The notes below the pieces were generated by a model. The model had not been told where the DNA came from. It did not search any database and saw only the letters and a list, made by a program, of their open reading frames with translations. The position numbers were made by a program, and so were the translations under genes. Of a DNA stretch of 64,000 nt, positions 49,910-63,003 are shown piece by piece. This DNA is from Azolla caroliniana (lineage: Eukaryota; Plantae; Polypodiophyta): the NCBI GenBank assembly GCA_043228905.1, contig JBHGNT010000018.1, positions 4,278,001-4,342,000 on the forward strand. Reading direction: 5' to 3'. The first letter of the stretch is position 1. Every line of letters starts with the position of its first letter.

Positions 49910-52900
49910 CACACGATAGCGGCTAACCAGATAACTTTCGATTCCTTCTCATTTAGGTGTTCCCGAATTTGTATTTGTAAACTCGGTACTTGGAACTCTA
50001 CCGGCATCACTGCTTCCCATCCGAATGCTAGGCGAAACGGTGTTGTGCGGATACTTGTCTTATATGCCGTTCGGTAGGCCTAGAGTGCAATGTGCAGGTT
50101 TGTATCCCAATCCGTCCGGTTCTCATTGACGATTTTTCGTAGGATGTTTTGTAGTCTTTTATTTGTTGACTCTGCTAATCCGTTGGCTTGCGGATAATAG
50201 GGAGTGCTCTGTTTGTGCACCACCGCATAAAATGTCGTCAAACTTTCCACTACTTGCCCTAAGAAGTGCCCACCTTGGTCACTTATGAGCTCTATCGGAC
50301 ATCATATCGGCACCATATGCATTCATATAAAATTTTTGCCGTGAATGCCGTGGTGTTGTCGCGTAGTGCTTTGGCTTCCACCCATTTTGTGCAGTAATCC
50401 GTAGCGACGATCACGTACCGATTGCCGGTTCTCATTGTCGATGGTTTGAAGGGACCGACAAAATCCAGCCCCCATTTCTGAAATAGTTCTAATGGTAGCA
50501 CGGGCTGGTGAGGCATTCTAGCTTGTTCGGTTGGTTGGCCCATTCGTTGACATAGGTCACATTTCTTAGCGTACCAGACTGCATCCTTCAATGTTGTCGG
50601 CCACCATAGTCCACTCTGCCATATTTTCCTTGTCGTAGCGTCTCCGTCATAATGTCCTCTAGCCACGCCGCAGTGTGCTTTGCGCAATATTATTTCCTTT
50701 TCGTCACTGTGCACTGCACGCCATCATATGCCATCTGCGCCTTTATGGTAGAGTGTGTCCTGTAATAGACAGAAATGCCGGCTTTGAACCGCTAAGCGTT
50801 TCCTTTCATCTCTGTTCATCTCCTGCGGAGGTAAGCCGATGCTTAGAAATTGGTGCATGTTGGTGAGCCACTTGTCTTCCTCTGCGACCGTACTATCCGT
50901 TGCCGTTTCCACTGTGACTCTAAACAACTCTGCATCCGGAAAGTCGTCTGGGACGCCGTGACCGGTTTCGCCGGAATCTAACCGGCTTAAATAGTCTACT
51001 ACCGCATGTTGTATGCTGGGTCGGTGGAATATCTTGAACTCGAATTCTTGTAATAGTAACGTCCATCGGGTCAACTTACCGGTGAGTGATGGTTTGGACA
51101 CCAAGTAGAGGAGCGCCGAATGATCTACGTGAAAGGAAAATTTCCTTCCCAACAGATAGTGTCTAAACTTGGTGACACTGTAGATCATACCCAAGGCCTC
51201 CCTTTCCGTTGTGGAATAATTACGTTCCGCTTGGGACAGCTTCCAGCTGGCATAATACACTGGCCGGTACAATTTCAGTTCGGTAAGTTGCATTAGCGCG
51301 CTCCCGATTGCGATGTCGGACGCGTCAACGAACACATGGAACTCTTTAGACCAATCCGGAGGTTGCACCACCGATGCTTGTGACAACAGTACTTTTAGTG
51401 CCCGGTAAGCCTGGTCTTCTGTGTCTGTCCATCGGAACGGTGTCCGATGTACCGCGGCATGCAGTGGTGTAGCCAGGTTTGCCAGATATCAGAGCATTCG
51501 GCTATGCCACCGAATTTGTCCTTAGAACCGGCTTAATGCCTTTGCCGTGGCTGGTGCCGGTGCCTCCAAGATTGCTTTTACTTTGTTCGGATCCACTGCG
51601 ATACCGTCATTGCTCATTATGTAGCCCAGTAACGCTCTGTTGGTTACTCCGAACACGCATTTTGCCGGGTTCAAGCTTAGTCGGTAAACCCTACATTTCT
51701 CCAGACATAGTCGGAGGTGCTGAAGGTGATCCCCTTCCTGGCTATAAACAACGAAGTTGTCCAAGAACACCTGCATGAATGCCGGAATGATTTCTCCGAA
51801 AATCTCCATGATGATCCGCTGGAAGGTTGCCAACGCCGTTTTCAGTCTGAACATCATCACTACGGCAACAAAGACTCCCCATTCGGTGACAAAAGCGGTT
51901 TTCTCTTGGTCGGCGGGGTGCATCCGGATCTGATTATAGCCGCTGAAACCATCCAGAAAATTGTACACCTCATGACCGGCGACCGCATCCAGGACTCCGT
52001 CCATGAATGGAAGCGAGAAGGCGTCCGTTACCGTAGCCGCATTCAATTTCCGGTAGTCGACACACACTCTTATCTTACCGTTCTTTTTGGGTACAACTAC
52101 TATCAGACTGAGCCATGTGGCTTTCTTTACCGGTCGGATGAAGCCCACTCTTAGCAATTTGTCGATTTCTTCTTTGACTTTTGCTACATAATTTGGGTTC
52201 ATCCGGTAACGCCGTTGCGCTACCGGTTTGGCATCTTTACTTAGATGTATGTGGTGTTGATACAATTGAGGATCGAGTCCCCGCATTTCCTCGTAGGACC
52301 AGGCGAACACATCGCGAAATTCTTTTAGGAGTGTGATCATTGCCGTTTTGTTCTCCGGGGTCACTTCCTTAGCGATGTGCACCGGTCTTGTGTCCTCTGT
52401 GGTGCCTAGGTTTACCTTTTCTAGTTGGATGCTTTCACGCACTGCGACACTGCCATTTCTCTTTCTAGTGCCTCATGTGCTTGCCATAATTCCCGGATTG
52501 CTTCTTTATCTGGTTCCTCGTCCGTCCCATCCGGTTGCAGTATGTACGGTGATACTGCATCCGCTACATCAATCTTGAACAGAGGTACGATCTTCGGATT
52601 TTCCTATAAGTATTGATCGACCTCTTTGTCCGCCAATCCTTCTAGCATGTTGACACATTCCGCATATAGCGGCGTTGATTCCTTTCCGGTACCGGACCGT
52701 GGTTGGTCGGTACTCGTACTTTCGCTTTTCCGCGCCGGAACGTAATTATATTCTTCCTCCAGTTTTGCTTGATGTGTGTTGTTTTTAACCAAGGGCGTCC
52801 CAAAAATAGTGGGTAAGCTCCCTGAGCCTGTAGCTGGAGAACTACTGCGGAAATGCGAAATATGTGACCCCCGATGGTCACTTCCAGATTACGTATTAAT

Positions 52901-55075
52901 CCGGTCGGCCGTACTGAGCTTGTGTCCGCCATCCGAAGCCAAAACGGGCACGGCTCCCAGTCATGGATTCCTAGAGTGTTACACGTTCGGAGGTTGATCA
53001 CGTTCACGCCGGATCCTCCATCGATAATCGTGCCCGATAGCTCATTTCCTTTCACGATGGCTGTGATTGTCGAACTGCTCGTGTCCACCACTGCCGGTCC
53101 TTCCTCCGGATTTGAAAAGAATGCCGAAGCCGGTGGTGTGTCAGCTACCGTCGTTCCTGTCTTCAGTCCTTCCGTGAAGCGTGGTACCAGTTGCAATAGC
53201 CGGCCTAATGACAACGTTATTTGGCATTCTTGTAACGCTTGCCATGTTGGGTTTTCGGGCTGCCCCGGGCCGGTGAGCTCTTCGGCATTCTCCTTTTGTT
53301 GTTCGAGCTTTGCCGCATTCCGCTCATTTGCCTTCCTCACCCATTCGGTTGCCTGCTTCCGGATGACTTCTTGAGTTTCCCACTCCGTGGCTTTGCCTTT
53401 TCATCTTGTAGTGACTAGTTGTATGTCCGCGACTTCCGCGTCTACCATGTTCACCGTTGGTCGCTTGTCGTTGCTCTTTGCTGGACATTGATTACTATAG
53501 TGGCCTTCTTGCCAGCAATAATAGCAGTACGGCTTCCGGGTGTTGCTGAATTCAGCGTGTGTGCTTGGTGGAGGTCCTGTGGTAAGTGCTTGGTTTTGGT
53601 CTGGTTCACTGCTTGGAGCGCCCTTTTCCGGTTCCCGTGGATGACCCCCCTTTTTGTTGAAATGATGTTTCTTGAAATTCTTTTTGTTTTGGTAACCTTG
53701 ACGGTGTTGGTCGTCATACTTGCCATAGTCGTCCCGTCGGTGGTTGTAACCAGGGGAGTGATCCCGGTTGTATCTCCCGTACCGTCCATTATAGTCCCGG
53801 TATCTATCCTGTCTGTCATACCGGTCATAAGCATCTCTTCGATCATTGTACCAGACATCTTGTGCTAGTCTGTAACGCTCCTCTCGTCACCAGCATTCTT
53901 CTTCTTCCTCCTGGTTGCTCCGTGGTTCAATTTGCCGGACCGGTGGTGCTTGCCGATTTAACAAGTTATACTCACACCGTTCCATTGTGTAACTTCAGGA
54001 GTTGCAGAGCAAGCATTGGGAACGCATCCAATGCATTCCAACGCCGAATGTCCGGCATTCAGACATGTCGTACATTGAATTTCTTGCCGGAAATGGAGTT
54101 CCTCTTCCATTGGTAGTGCACATTGAAGTGCGCCCATGGTTAGCCATGAACTTGAGGTTTCCATTTCCCGAATTCGGTGGATCACTTGATATATGATGCT
54201 GGTGCGGAAATCAATAACGGTGCACACCGTACGTAAGGGTTCTCGGAGGGCTGCTAAGAATATGGCCTTTGTTTCTTGCTCCGGTGGTGTCCGGCTGAGC
54301 TGACTGTGGATCCGTTGGAACCGGATGACAAACTGCTGAATGTAAAATAAGCCTACCATTTCTCGCTGGTCCATCTCCTTGTGAAAGAAATGCAATTTTT
54401 TTGTCTTTAATGTTTCAAACGTGGGGATGGTGCTGGGATCTTGTGTTCAGTGCCATTTGACGGCCGGTCCCTCCAAGGTCATGCCGAACTCTGCCCTTTT
54501 TGAGCTTTCCTCTTCGGCTGCATTTAAGCGTTGGGACACATGGTTCGCCTCCCAGGTCTGCTGAAACGCATGGACGTGGGTTTCCGCGTCCGGATCATCC
54601 CAGTATCTGGGATATTGGAACGACATATTGTCGTCTGGTGTCAGTACACGGGCTAGTGGTGTCGGTGGTCGTTCGTCCTCTTTTGGTGTCAGAGGTTTTT
54701 CCCGGTCTTTTGTCGCCGTCGGAGGTCTTTCCTGCTCCTCTTTCGGTGTCAGAGGCTTCTCCCCATCGACTTCCGGTATTGGAGGTCTCTCGTCCTCGAC
54801 TTCTGGTTCCGGAGTGTGGTCGACTTTCGGTACTGGAGGTTCCAGCCTTGTCAATTCTAGTTCCGATGTCGGCAAGGTATTTGACTCCTCGTCCTCTGGT
54901 CCGCCTGGGGTGTCGTTACTGCTGTGGTAGTTCGTCTGCGTGCTGTATTCCCCGTCCGAACCCGATTCAAATGCCAAAAATGCTTCGGATTCGCCTTCCC
55001 CCGTTGCCAATGCCTGGAGAAGGGATTCTGCTTCCCGGAGGCTGCTTAGGCTGCTTCCTTCGTCTGGGTAGTCAT
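49910..55075 (-). pseudogene. Gypsy-3 gag-PR-RT-RH-integrase, disrupted
   Basis: ORFs 54447, 53958, 52642 (IIDGGSGVNVI), 51522 (RT), 50724 (RH) and 50292 (HHCC, KWGLDFVGP). Confidence 0.92.
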
Positions 55076-56636
55076 GTTATGGTAACCGAAGTGACTCCTT
55101 GGCCACTCTCCGGATCACCTTGGAAAATGAACGATCTGCTCTGATTTCTTCTACCGCTTGCTGGAAAGCCTCTCGCTTCCTCAGCCGTTCAACAAGTCTC
55201 CTTGCTCGCTCTGTAACTGGGTCATTCGTTGGTCGCGTCATCCATTCCCACCATTGTTCGCTGCGATTGTGCAGGAATCGTGGTTGCCCAAAACTGTGTT
55301 AATCCTTAGGGCCAGACAATGGCCTAACACAGGGTGTTTCCAGAAGACACTTCACCAAAGGGGTGTTACGGCGAGATAACTTAAGACACAACGATTAATC
55401 CGACTTAATTGGCTACTTAGCAATAAGGCATTCACTTAATACACGCATAAGATATAACAATTAATACAGAATGGTAATCAATACGTGAAGGTAAACAAGA
55501 AGCTTATATTAATTCTTCGTCAAAGTTTTACATTGTAACTGGGCCTTTATATAGGCCACTGGTGCTGCGTACAAAACGGTGCCAATCGGCACCTGTTCGG
55601 AACCGGTCCGTCCGTTTACTACTTAATTATAATCTATTCTACTTAATTAAAATAGATTCCGAATAACAATCCCTTTTACATTCTAGTCTTTAACTCCTTT
55701 GCTGGCCGGGTAACAATGTATACGCCCATTGCGGGGGAGTGTTGAATACGGGCTTCTAATGGACGTATTCACATTATCTCCTTTTGTACACACTAAACTT
55801 AGGCTATTTATGTAAATAGTGAGAAGGGCAGTCGCCCTAAGCCAGTCAGTATATAAACTGACTTTGTAACCTAGTTAGTGCATTGCGTTAAGTTGTAATA
55901 CACTCTTGACATTGAGCCTAACTGTCTCTCTCTCTTGCGTACTAGTTGATTTTGTTTTTTGTCTTCGCTGCCATAAAAGCTATGAACTTGCATCCATTTA
56001 TGATCTTATTCCACATTAGATGACGGTGGACCCAACACGCACATGGTCACTCACGTCCGTTGGTGTTCGTGTTTCCAGTGAGGACAACACATGGTTCTTC
56101 ACACCCACCACTTCTCGTTCACCCCTACACTGTGCTTTTGAAAAGGCAACCGTAAAGGATAGGATAATGTCACGGACATGACAACAGTTATGTCAAGATT
56201 TGAACTCTTGACCTCTTGTATTATAGGCAAGTGTTATATTATAACCAACACATCCAAGTACATAATCGTGTTATGTATATCTTCATAGATGATCTATTCA
56301 CATTCTAGGAGTTTTTAGAAAGTTCTAGAACTAGAGGGTTCTAGAATATTCTCCAAAATATTCTAATGCGTGTACTTCAACTCACAATAGAAACACTTGT
56401 AACCTCCTTGGTCCCTTTCAAGGGATTCAACACCACTCATTGACACATCAATCGAGTATATATTCTCGTTTCCCCTCATCTTTGTCTCCTTGATCTTTAT
56501 TTCTATTTTCATGGCCTCACGTCGCTCACAACATCTAGAGTTCCTAGCCTTGTCATATCTAGCTCGTAATCCCATCATTTGTGCTTGGTGTGTTTGTGAC
56601 ATTATCTGTGTGACCATCACTTGGCCGGACCTCAGG

Positions 56637-57069
56637 TGTTACTGGCCGGCAAAGGAGTCCAAAGTGGGAAACGGAGAGCTAATTAAGTAGTAGGAATGTG
56701 GTTATAATTAAGCTATGAGTGTGGACGGACGGACCGGAATCGGTATGCCGTTCCGGATCCGGACCGATCCCGAACAGGTGCGGATGGCACCGTTTTGTAA
56801 TACAGACCGGAAACCTATTTAAAGGCCCGGATACAATGTAATAGTTAGCGGTTAATTAATGAAAGCTTAAGCGTTGTTATATCTCTATGTCAATTGCCGT
56901 TCTGTCTTAATTGTTATATCTTACGCGTGTTATGAAGACGATCCTAATAAGTAACTTAACTAAGTCAGATTAAGCGTTGAAGTCTAATCCGGTTGCGGTA
57001 ACACCCTTTGGTGAAGTGTCTCACGTAGACACCCTGTGTTAGGCCATTGTCCGGCCCGAAGAGTTAACA
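56637..57069 (+). mobile_element. Solo LTR related to Gypsy-3
   Basis: TGTTA..TAACA, similar to the Gypsy-3 LTR; perfect TSD TCAGG; interrupts Copia-1 RT at PDL|YPVG. Confidence 0.92.
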
Positions 57070-57743
57070 TCAGGTATCCAGTCGGATTGATTAGTCAATT
57101 CATTGCACATCCAACCTTGGAGCACCTTCAGTGCGTGCACCGAATACTAAGGTACGTCAACGACACCAAGGAGAGGGGGTTGATGTATTGGACTAGTGTA
57201 GTCGGACAACTTGTTTGCTACACAGATGCCGATTTGGCCGGAATGTTGACGACCGCAGGTCTACATCTGGATATGCGTTTTTCACTGGCACTGTCGAGCA
57301 CGGAGACCGAGTACCGACGAGCGGCTGTCGCGATATACGAAGCCATCTGGCTCAAGAGGCTCTTGAAAGATCAGTATGGCAAGACTCGAACCCATAACCT
57401 TATTTTATATGGGTCGAGCTCTTGACCATTACATTATCTATTGTAACACATAAAATATTATTTTCATTTAAGTTTTACTATAGAAAATTATTGTATATTC
57501 TAGATTTCTCTGGAACATTCTAGAAGCTTCAGGACTATTCCTGAGAACACTATAAAAAGAGGCACAAGGCATTATTTCGAACCAAATTGGTTCAACGCCA
57601 ATCTTAAGCCTCATAGCTATTTTGTACTTACTCTTCACATAATATATCATCTGTTATCATCATCCTCTCTCTCTCTCTCTCTCGCCTTAACTATCTCTCT
57701 CTCGTGAGTCTTACGCAGTCCATCCTCTTAGTAATAAGAGTAC

Positions 57744-58230
57744 TGAAGTTAAAATCGTTGCCGGCCACAACCGATTTTACGTGTGTGGAATAATAGTCAA
57801 ATCTACTGGAAAGGAAAAACAGAATACAGAAACTGAGAATGACACAGATTTTAACGTGGAAACCCGAACTAAGAAAAAACCACGTGGAGTCCACAAAGTC
57901 CGAAATAGAACACTACAAGAGAAAGGAATACAGTAAGAGATCTTAGAGGCAACGACCTCGAGATCCTGCTTCGCCAACAGGTGGATATGGAGCTCACGCA
58001 CTTCCACTCCCTCTCGTTCACTCTCACAGTTACAGATACAACAACCTCGTCAACAGTAACTTTACAATAATGCGCATATCTAACATGATTTCCCTAAGTA
58101 CTTATATACTAATGTAACCTTCCGACTATTTACAAGTTTAGCCTTCCGTGTTGGCTATCTCCATGATTTCCGAGTTGCTCATCAACACGGTTCTTCTCAC
58201 TTACCATCCGGAGGGACCTGTTTCCTAACA
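57744..58230 (-). mobile_element. Solo LTR related to Copia-3, inserted in Chromo-1 5' LTR
   Basis: Perfect TSD AGTAC. Minus strand begins TGTTAGG..GGTCCCTCCGGATGG and ends TCGGTTGTGGCCGG..CA, like the Copia-3 LTR. Confidence 0.88.
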
Positions 58231-58356
58231 AGTACTTCCCTTCTCTAGTACTAATTCTCTCTCTGTTTTAGTACTATTCTTTATAGTTTGAACCATTTTT
58301 TTCCCTCTAGTCTTCTTTTCGGTTTCCCTCATCCTCTTACCCCTTTTTCTAGTACT

Positions 58357-59511
58357 ATGGTTACTGTTAGCGCCCAGGAATATCAATTCGTTTTTTCTGA
58401 GCTACAGTTTCTAAAAGAAAAATTCATTGCATTGGAACAAGAAAACCAACGATTGTTAGGGGATCTTCAACAAATTGCTTTAGAAAAACAGCAAACGCAG
58501 CAACAACATGGGGAGTTGCAACAGCAACATGGGGAGTTAGTGTTACGTGTACAACAACTCGAAGCAACCATCGTATCGTTACAACAACAAGGATTAAGTC
58601 CCCAAGGACTTCATAAAGAGCCCAAGATTGGTCTTCCTGTGAAATTCGATGGAACACGCTCAAAATTAAGAGGATTCCTTAATCAAGTACGCTTAGTCAT
58701 GCAAATGCATCCTTCCCGATACCCCACCAATGCATCCCGAGTAGGCCTAATAGGCACATTGCTCAGCGGCTCAGCCTTGGCATGGTTCGCTCCGCTTTTG
58801 GAAAAACAATCTCCCCTGCTTAATAACTTTGAAGACTTTATTAGCGAGTTTAAAGCCTGCTTTGGAGATACCGACAACATCAGGACGACGATCAACAAAA
58901 TCCGACGATTGCGTCAAGGCGATTGTCCAGCCTTTGCCCACACGGTGGATTTCCGTCTGCTCACCTCAGATATCCCCTGGGATGATCAAGCACTAATGGA
59001 GCAGTTCCGATACGGCCTGCGAAACGACGTCCACGATTTACTTTTAACCTTTCCCGAAGAACCAAAATCTCTTACAGAGGCAATCAGTCGAGTGGTTCAA
59101 TGCGACAACCGCCTTTTCAAACGATGTTCAGAACGTCAATTTCAAATGCCACGGACTAGGCCAAAGTCCACATACACCTCAGTCGCAACTAAACTGGTTG
59201 CACGAGATGTATCTCAGGCAAATAATCCAACGCCGACGGAGATCGACACCATGCGTCGACGTGGCCAGTTATTGGAAGAAGAAAAGCAACGACGACATGC
59301 AAATCGATTATGTCTTTATTGCGGTGGACCAGGGCACATCGCCATCAACTGTCCCCATAGGCCAAGAAGACAGGTAAATCAAATTGTTGCATGTACTAAA
59401 CCCGAGTCAATTCCCTTAGGAGTGTCTGATAGTATTAATAGTACTGATAGCCCAAGTATCTCAAACAAATTTGAAATCCTTAGTCAGTTAGAGGAAGCGT
59501 TAAATGACTAA
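58357..59511 (+). CDS. Chromo-1 Gag (intact ORF, CCHC zinc knuckle)
   Basis: ORF 58288..59511, likely ATG at 58357; PEG10/sushi-type gag motifs. Confidence 0.8.
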   Translation: MVTVSAQEYQFVFSELQFLKEKFIALEQENQRLLGDLQQIALEKQQTQQQHGELQQQHGELVLRVQQLEATIVSLQQQGLSPQGLHKEPKIGLPVKFDGTRSKLRGFLNQVRLVMQMHPSRYPTNASRVGLIGTLLSGSALAWFAPLLEKQSPLLNNFEDFISEFKACFGDTDNIRTTINKIRRLRQGDCPAFAHTVDFRLLTSDIPWDDQALMEQFRYGLRNDVHDLLLTFPEEPKSLTEAISRVVQCDNRLFKRCSERQFQMPRTRPKSTYTSVATKLVARDVSQANNPTPTEIDTMRRRGQLLEEEKQRRHANRLCLYCGGPGHIAINCPHRPRRQVNQIVACTKPESIPLGVSDSINSTDSPSISNKFEILSQLEEALND

Positions 59512-59537
59512 GTCCAACCAAAATAGGAGCCGTTTGG

Positions 59538-62500
59538 TTGGATAGCCCTAGATCTGTGGAGCCCATTAGTGGTTCCATTCCCTCTAAGCAAGTTAGCAAT
59601 GTGTTCTTAGCCCAAGTCATGATTAGTACTAAAAGTACCCCTCCAGTACATGTCTTAGCACTTTTAGATTCCGGAGCCAATTCTTGTTTCATGGATCGGA
59701 TTTTGCCCAAGCTTCTCAGCTATCCTTAAGAAAACTTCCTTGCCCCGCATCTATAGTAGTCATTGATGGTCGTCCCATTGCTTTTGGGAATATCGTAGAA
59801 GAGTCAGATCCCATTCAGGTTGTCCTAGATAGCTTTGTGTGTGTGGTATCATTTAATATAATTAGTAGTCCAGAGCATCCCATTGTCCTGGGATTACCTT
59901 GGTTTGAAGCACATAATCCAGACATAGATTGGAGAACAAGAGAAGTCCGGTATCGACAACCCCGAGAATCTACTCATCGAGTTTCGACCATTTCGCTCCA
60001 TCAATTGCGCGAAGAAGGACGCAAGGAGTCAATGTTTCTATTTGCAATATCAGTACATCCTTCCAGCACTATTAAAAAGGAATCCTTAGTTCAACATCCC
60101 ACGAAATATCATCCTTATGCCGATGTATTTGACAAGGTCAGAGCTGATACTCTTCCTCATCATCGTCCCTATGATTGTCCCATCGATTTACAACCAGGAA
60201 TAGAGCCACCATGGGGACCGATTTACAACTTGTCACCAATGGAGTTGGAAGTCCTTCGAGTCTACATAGAAGAGAATTTGGCAAGCGGGTTTATTCGTCA
60301 TTCGAAATCTTAGGCCGGTGCACCCATTTTCTTTGTCAAAAAGAAAGATGGATCCCTTCGTCTCGTCGTTGATTACCGCAACTTGAATAAGATCACCATT
60401 CGGAATAGGTATGCACTTCCCTTTATATCAAGTCTATTAGAACGTGTAAATGGTGCCAAGTCTTTTACAAAAATCGTCTTACGAGGAGCATATAACCTCA
60501 TGCGGATCTGATCGGGAGATGAAGGGAAGACTGCTTTTCGCACCCGATATGGGCACTTAGAGTATACCGTTATGCCATTCGGTCTAACCAATGCGCCCAC
60601 AGTCTTCCAACACATGGCAAATGATATATTCAGAGACCTCTTGGAAATCTGTTTGATCATCTATCTGGATGATCTATTGATTTATTTGAAGACCCAGGAA
60701 GAGCATGATTCTCATGTACTATTAGTACTAAAACAACTCCGAGAGCATGGTCTTTATGCCAAACTAGAAAAATGTAGCTTTGACTGCAAACAAGTAGAAT
60801 TTCTAGGCTACGTCATCTCCTCAAAAGGCATCTCCATGGATCCAGCTAAAGTCCAAACTGTGCTAGAGTGTCAAAATCCACGTTTGTTACGAGATGTGCA
60901 ATGTTTCCTAGGCTTTGCTAACTTCTACCACAAGTTTATACAAGATTACTCGAAGGTTATTTTACCTCTCACACAGCTTACCAAGAAGGGACAATCATTT
61001 CTTTGGTCCAATGAAGCGGACATGGCTTTTATGCATCTTAAGAAAGCCTTTACATCAGCTCCTATTCTAGCTCATGTGGATACAAACAAACCATTCATCA
61101 TGGAGGCCGACGCATTGAATTTCGCTCTTCGTAGCATCCTTTCACAACAAGGAGAGAAAGAAAAGTTACATCCTGTGGCTTTCCACTCACGCAAATTTGA
61201 TGTCGCGGAAATTAACTACGAGATACATGACAAGGAGTTATTAGCCATCGTGGATTCGTTTGTGCAATGGCAACACTTCTTAGAGGGCTCTCCTCATCAG
61301 GTCATCGTCTTCAGTGATCACAAAAATCTTGCTTACTTCCAGAACGCTCATGTACTAAATCGACAGCAAGCTCGATGGGCCCAATTCCTCACGCGTTTTG
61401 ACTTCAAAATCACATATCGGCTGGGGAAGCAGCAAGGAAAAGCAGATCCACTATCACGACGTTCATATCTTGCACCTCGTCCGGGTGATCCAACATTTGA
61501 TAATCAAAAGCAGGTAATCTTGGGACCAACACGTTTGCACACAACGCGGATTTTTCACGCTCCACTGGATTCCCGGATTATTGATGCCATACGTGCCAAC
61601 TTGAAGATGGATAGTTTTGCTCAAGACATTCTAGCGCAAATTGATGCTCGAGTTCCCAGTCTCAACAACCAGGTATGGACTACCGACAATTCGAATGTCA
61701 TGATGGTTTATTATTCTTTAAAAAGCTGGTGTATGTGCCTGATTGTTCCTGTCACCTTCAAATTGTCCAAAATTGTCACGACACCCATACAACTGGACAT
61801 TTCACCCATACAACTAGTTCAACGATCCTTTTGGTGGCCCCATATGCGACGTTTTGTCGACGACTATGTTCGGACCTGTGATGCTTGTTGCTGAGCAAAG
61901 GTGCCACGACATCATCCATATGGCTTGTTGGAATCCTTACCAATTCCAAGTAAACCGTGGCAGTCCATTTGTCTTGATTTTATGACAAATCTTCCAGTCT
62001 CGAAGCGTTTCGATGCTATTGTAGCCGTCGTCGATCGATATACTAAGATGGCACATTTTGTGCCTTGTACTAAGGCCATCATTAGTGAGGAAACCGCAAC
62101 CCTTGTCATGCGTGAGGTATTTCGACATCATGGCCTCCCAGACAGTATCATCTGTGATCGAGGACCTTAATTCATCTCCAAATTTTGGAAGCATCTCTTC
62201 AAGATGCTCAAGGAATCTTGCAACCTCTCCTCTGGCTACCATCCCCAAAACGATGGGCAAGCGGAACGAACAAATCAAACACTGGAACAATATCTTCGGT
62301 GTTATCTGAGTTATCAACAGGACGATTGGGTTGATATTCTCCACTTTGTGGAGTTTGCGTATAAAAACACTATTCACTCCTCGACTCGGGTCTCACCATT
62401 TTATGCTTATACCGGTTCTCATCCTTGCTGGTATGTGATCGACATTCCGGAGCTACCTACCAATCCTCGTGCCGAGGATCATCTGGAGAGGCTACGCAAG

Positions 62501-63003
62501 ATTCAGACGGATCTATCTACTCATCTTCGTCATGCTCAACACACTCAGAAGACTTATGCAGATCGTCATCGGCTTCCCTCCTCTTTTGCCATCGGGGATC
62601 GAGTATGGCTCTTACGTCGTCACATCAAGTCAACTCGACCGCGCGACAAATTGGATTATTGACAACTCTGTCCTTTCCGTAATACCGGCAAGATTAACGA
62701 TGTCACCTTCCGCCTTGATCTTCCATACTTCTCTTCTTGAACCTTATTAGGCCAATACTATTCCCGATCATGTTACACCACCTCCGCCCCCGCTTGAGTT
62801 GGACACCGGCCCGGAGTATGAAGTTGTTGCTGTCCTCGACTCCAAGTTTGTTCACAACAAACTTTATTATTTGGTTGATTGGCTCAGCTATAGTCCGAGC
62901 GAACGTACTTGGGAACCCATCGAGCATGTCGCCAATGCTCAGGATCTTCTTGCTCATTTCCATTGAAAGTATCTGGACAAACTCGGTCCACAATCAGTGT
63001 TGA
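59538..63003 (+). pseudogene. Chromo-1 pol (PR-RT-RH-IN-chromodomain), disrupted
   Basis: ORFs 59538, 59684, 60572, 61901 and 62204, with in-frame stops. Confidence 0.9.

Larger units (their letters stand above)
44394..55715 (-). mobile_element. Gypsy-3: non-chromovirus Ty3/Gypsy element (Athila/Phygy-like) with a 3' extra ORF
   Basis: LTRs 55297-55715 (5') and 44394-44843 (3'); perfect TSD ATGTA; CTATATAAAGG on the minus strand; gag-PR-RT-RH-IN on the minus strand; no additional RNase H seen. Confidence 0.94.
39441..56037 (+). mobile_element. Copia-5: Ty1/Copia element inserted in the NA-1 minisatellite
   Basis: LTRs 39441-39760 and 55740-56037; perfect TSD CGCAC; PBS 39763-39774; PPT GCGGGGGAG. 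Confidence 0.94.
37753..56601 (+). mobile_element. NA-1: non-autonomous LTR-like element with internal minisatellite
   Basis: Direct repeats 37763-~38157 and 56116-~56500. The complete LTR is 56168-56601 (TGTCAC..GTGACA), preceded by purine-rich AAAGGATAGGATAA. No recognisable coding domains and no TSD. Confidence 0.7.
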
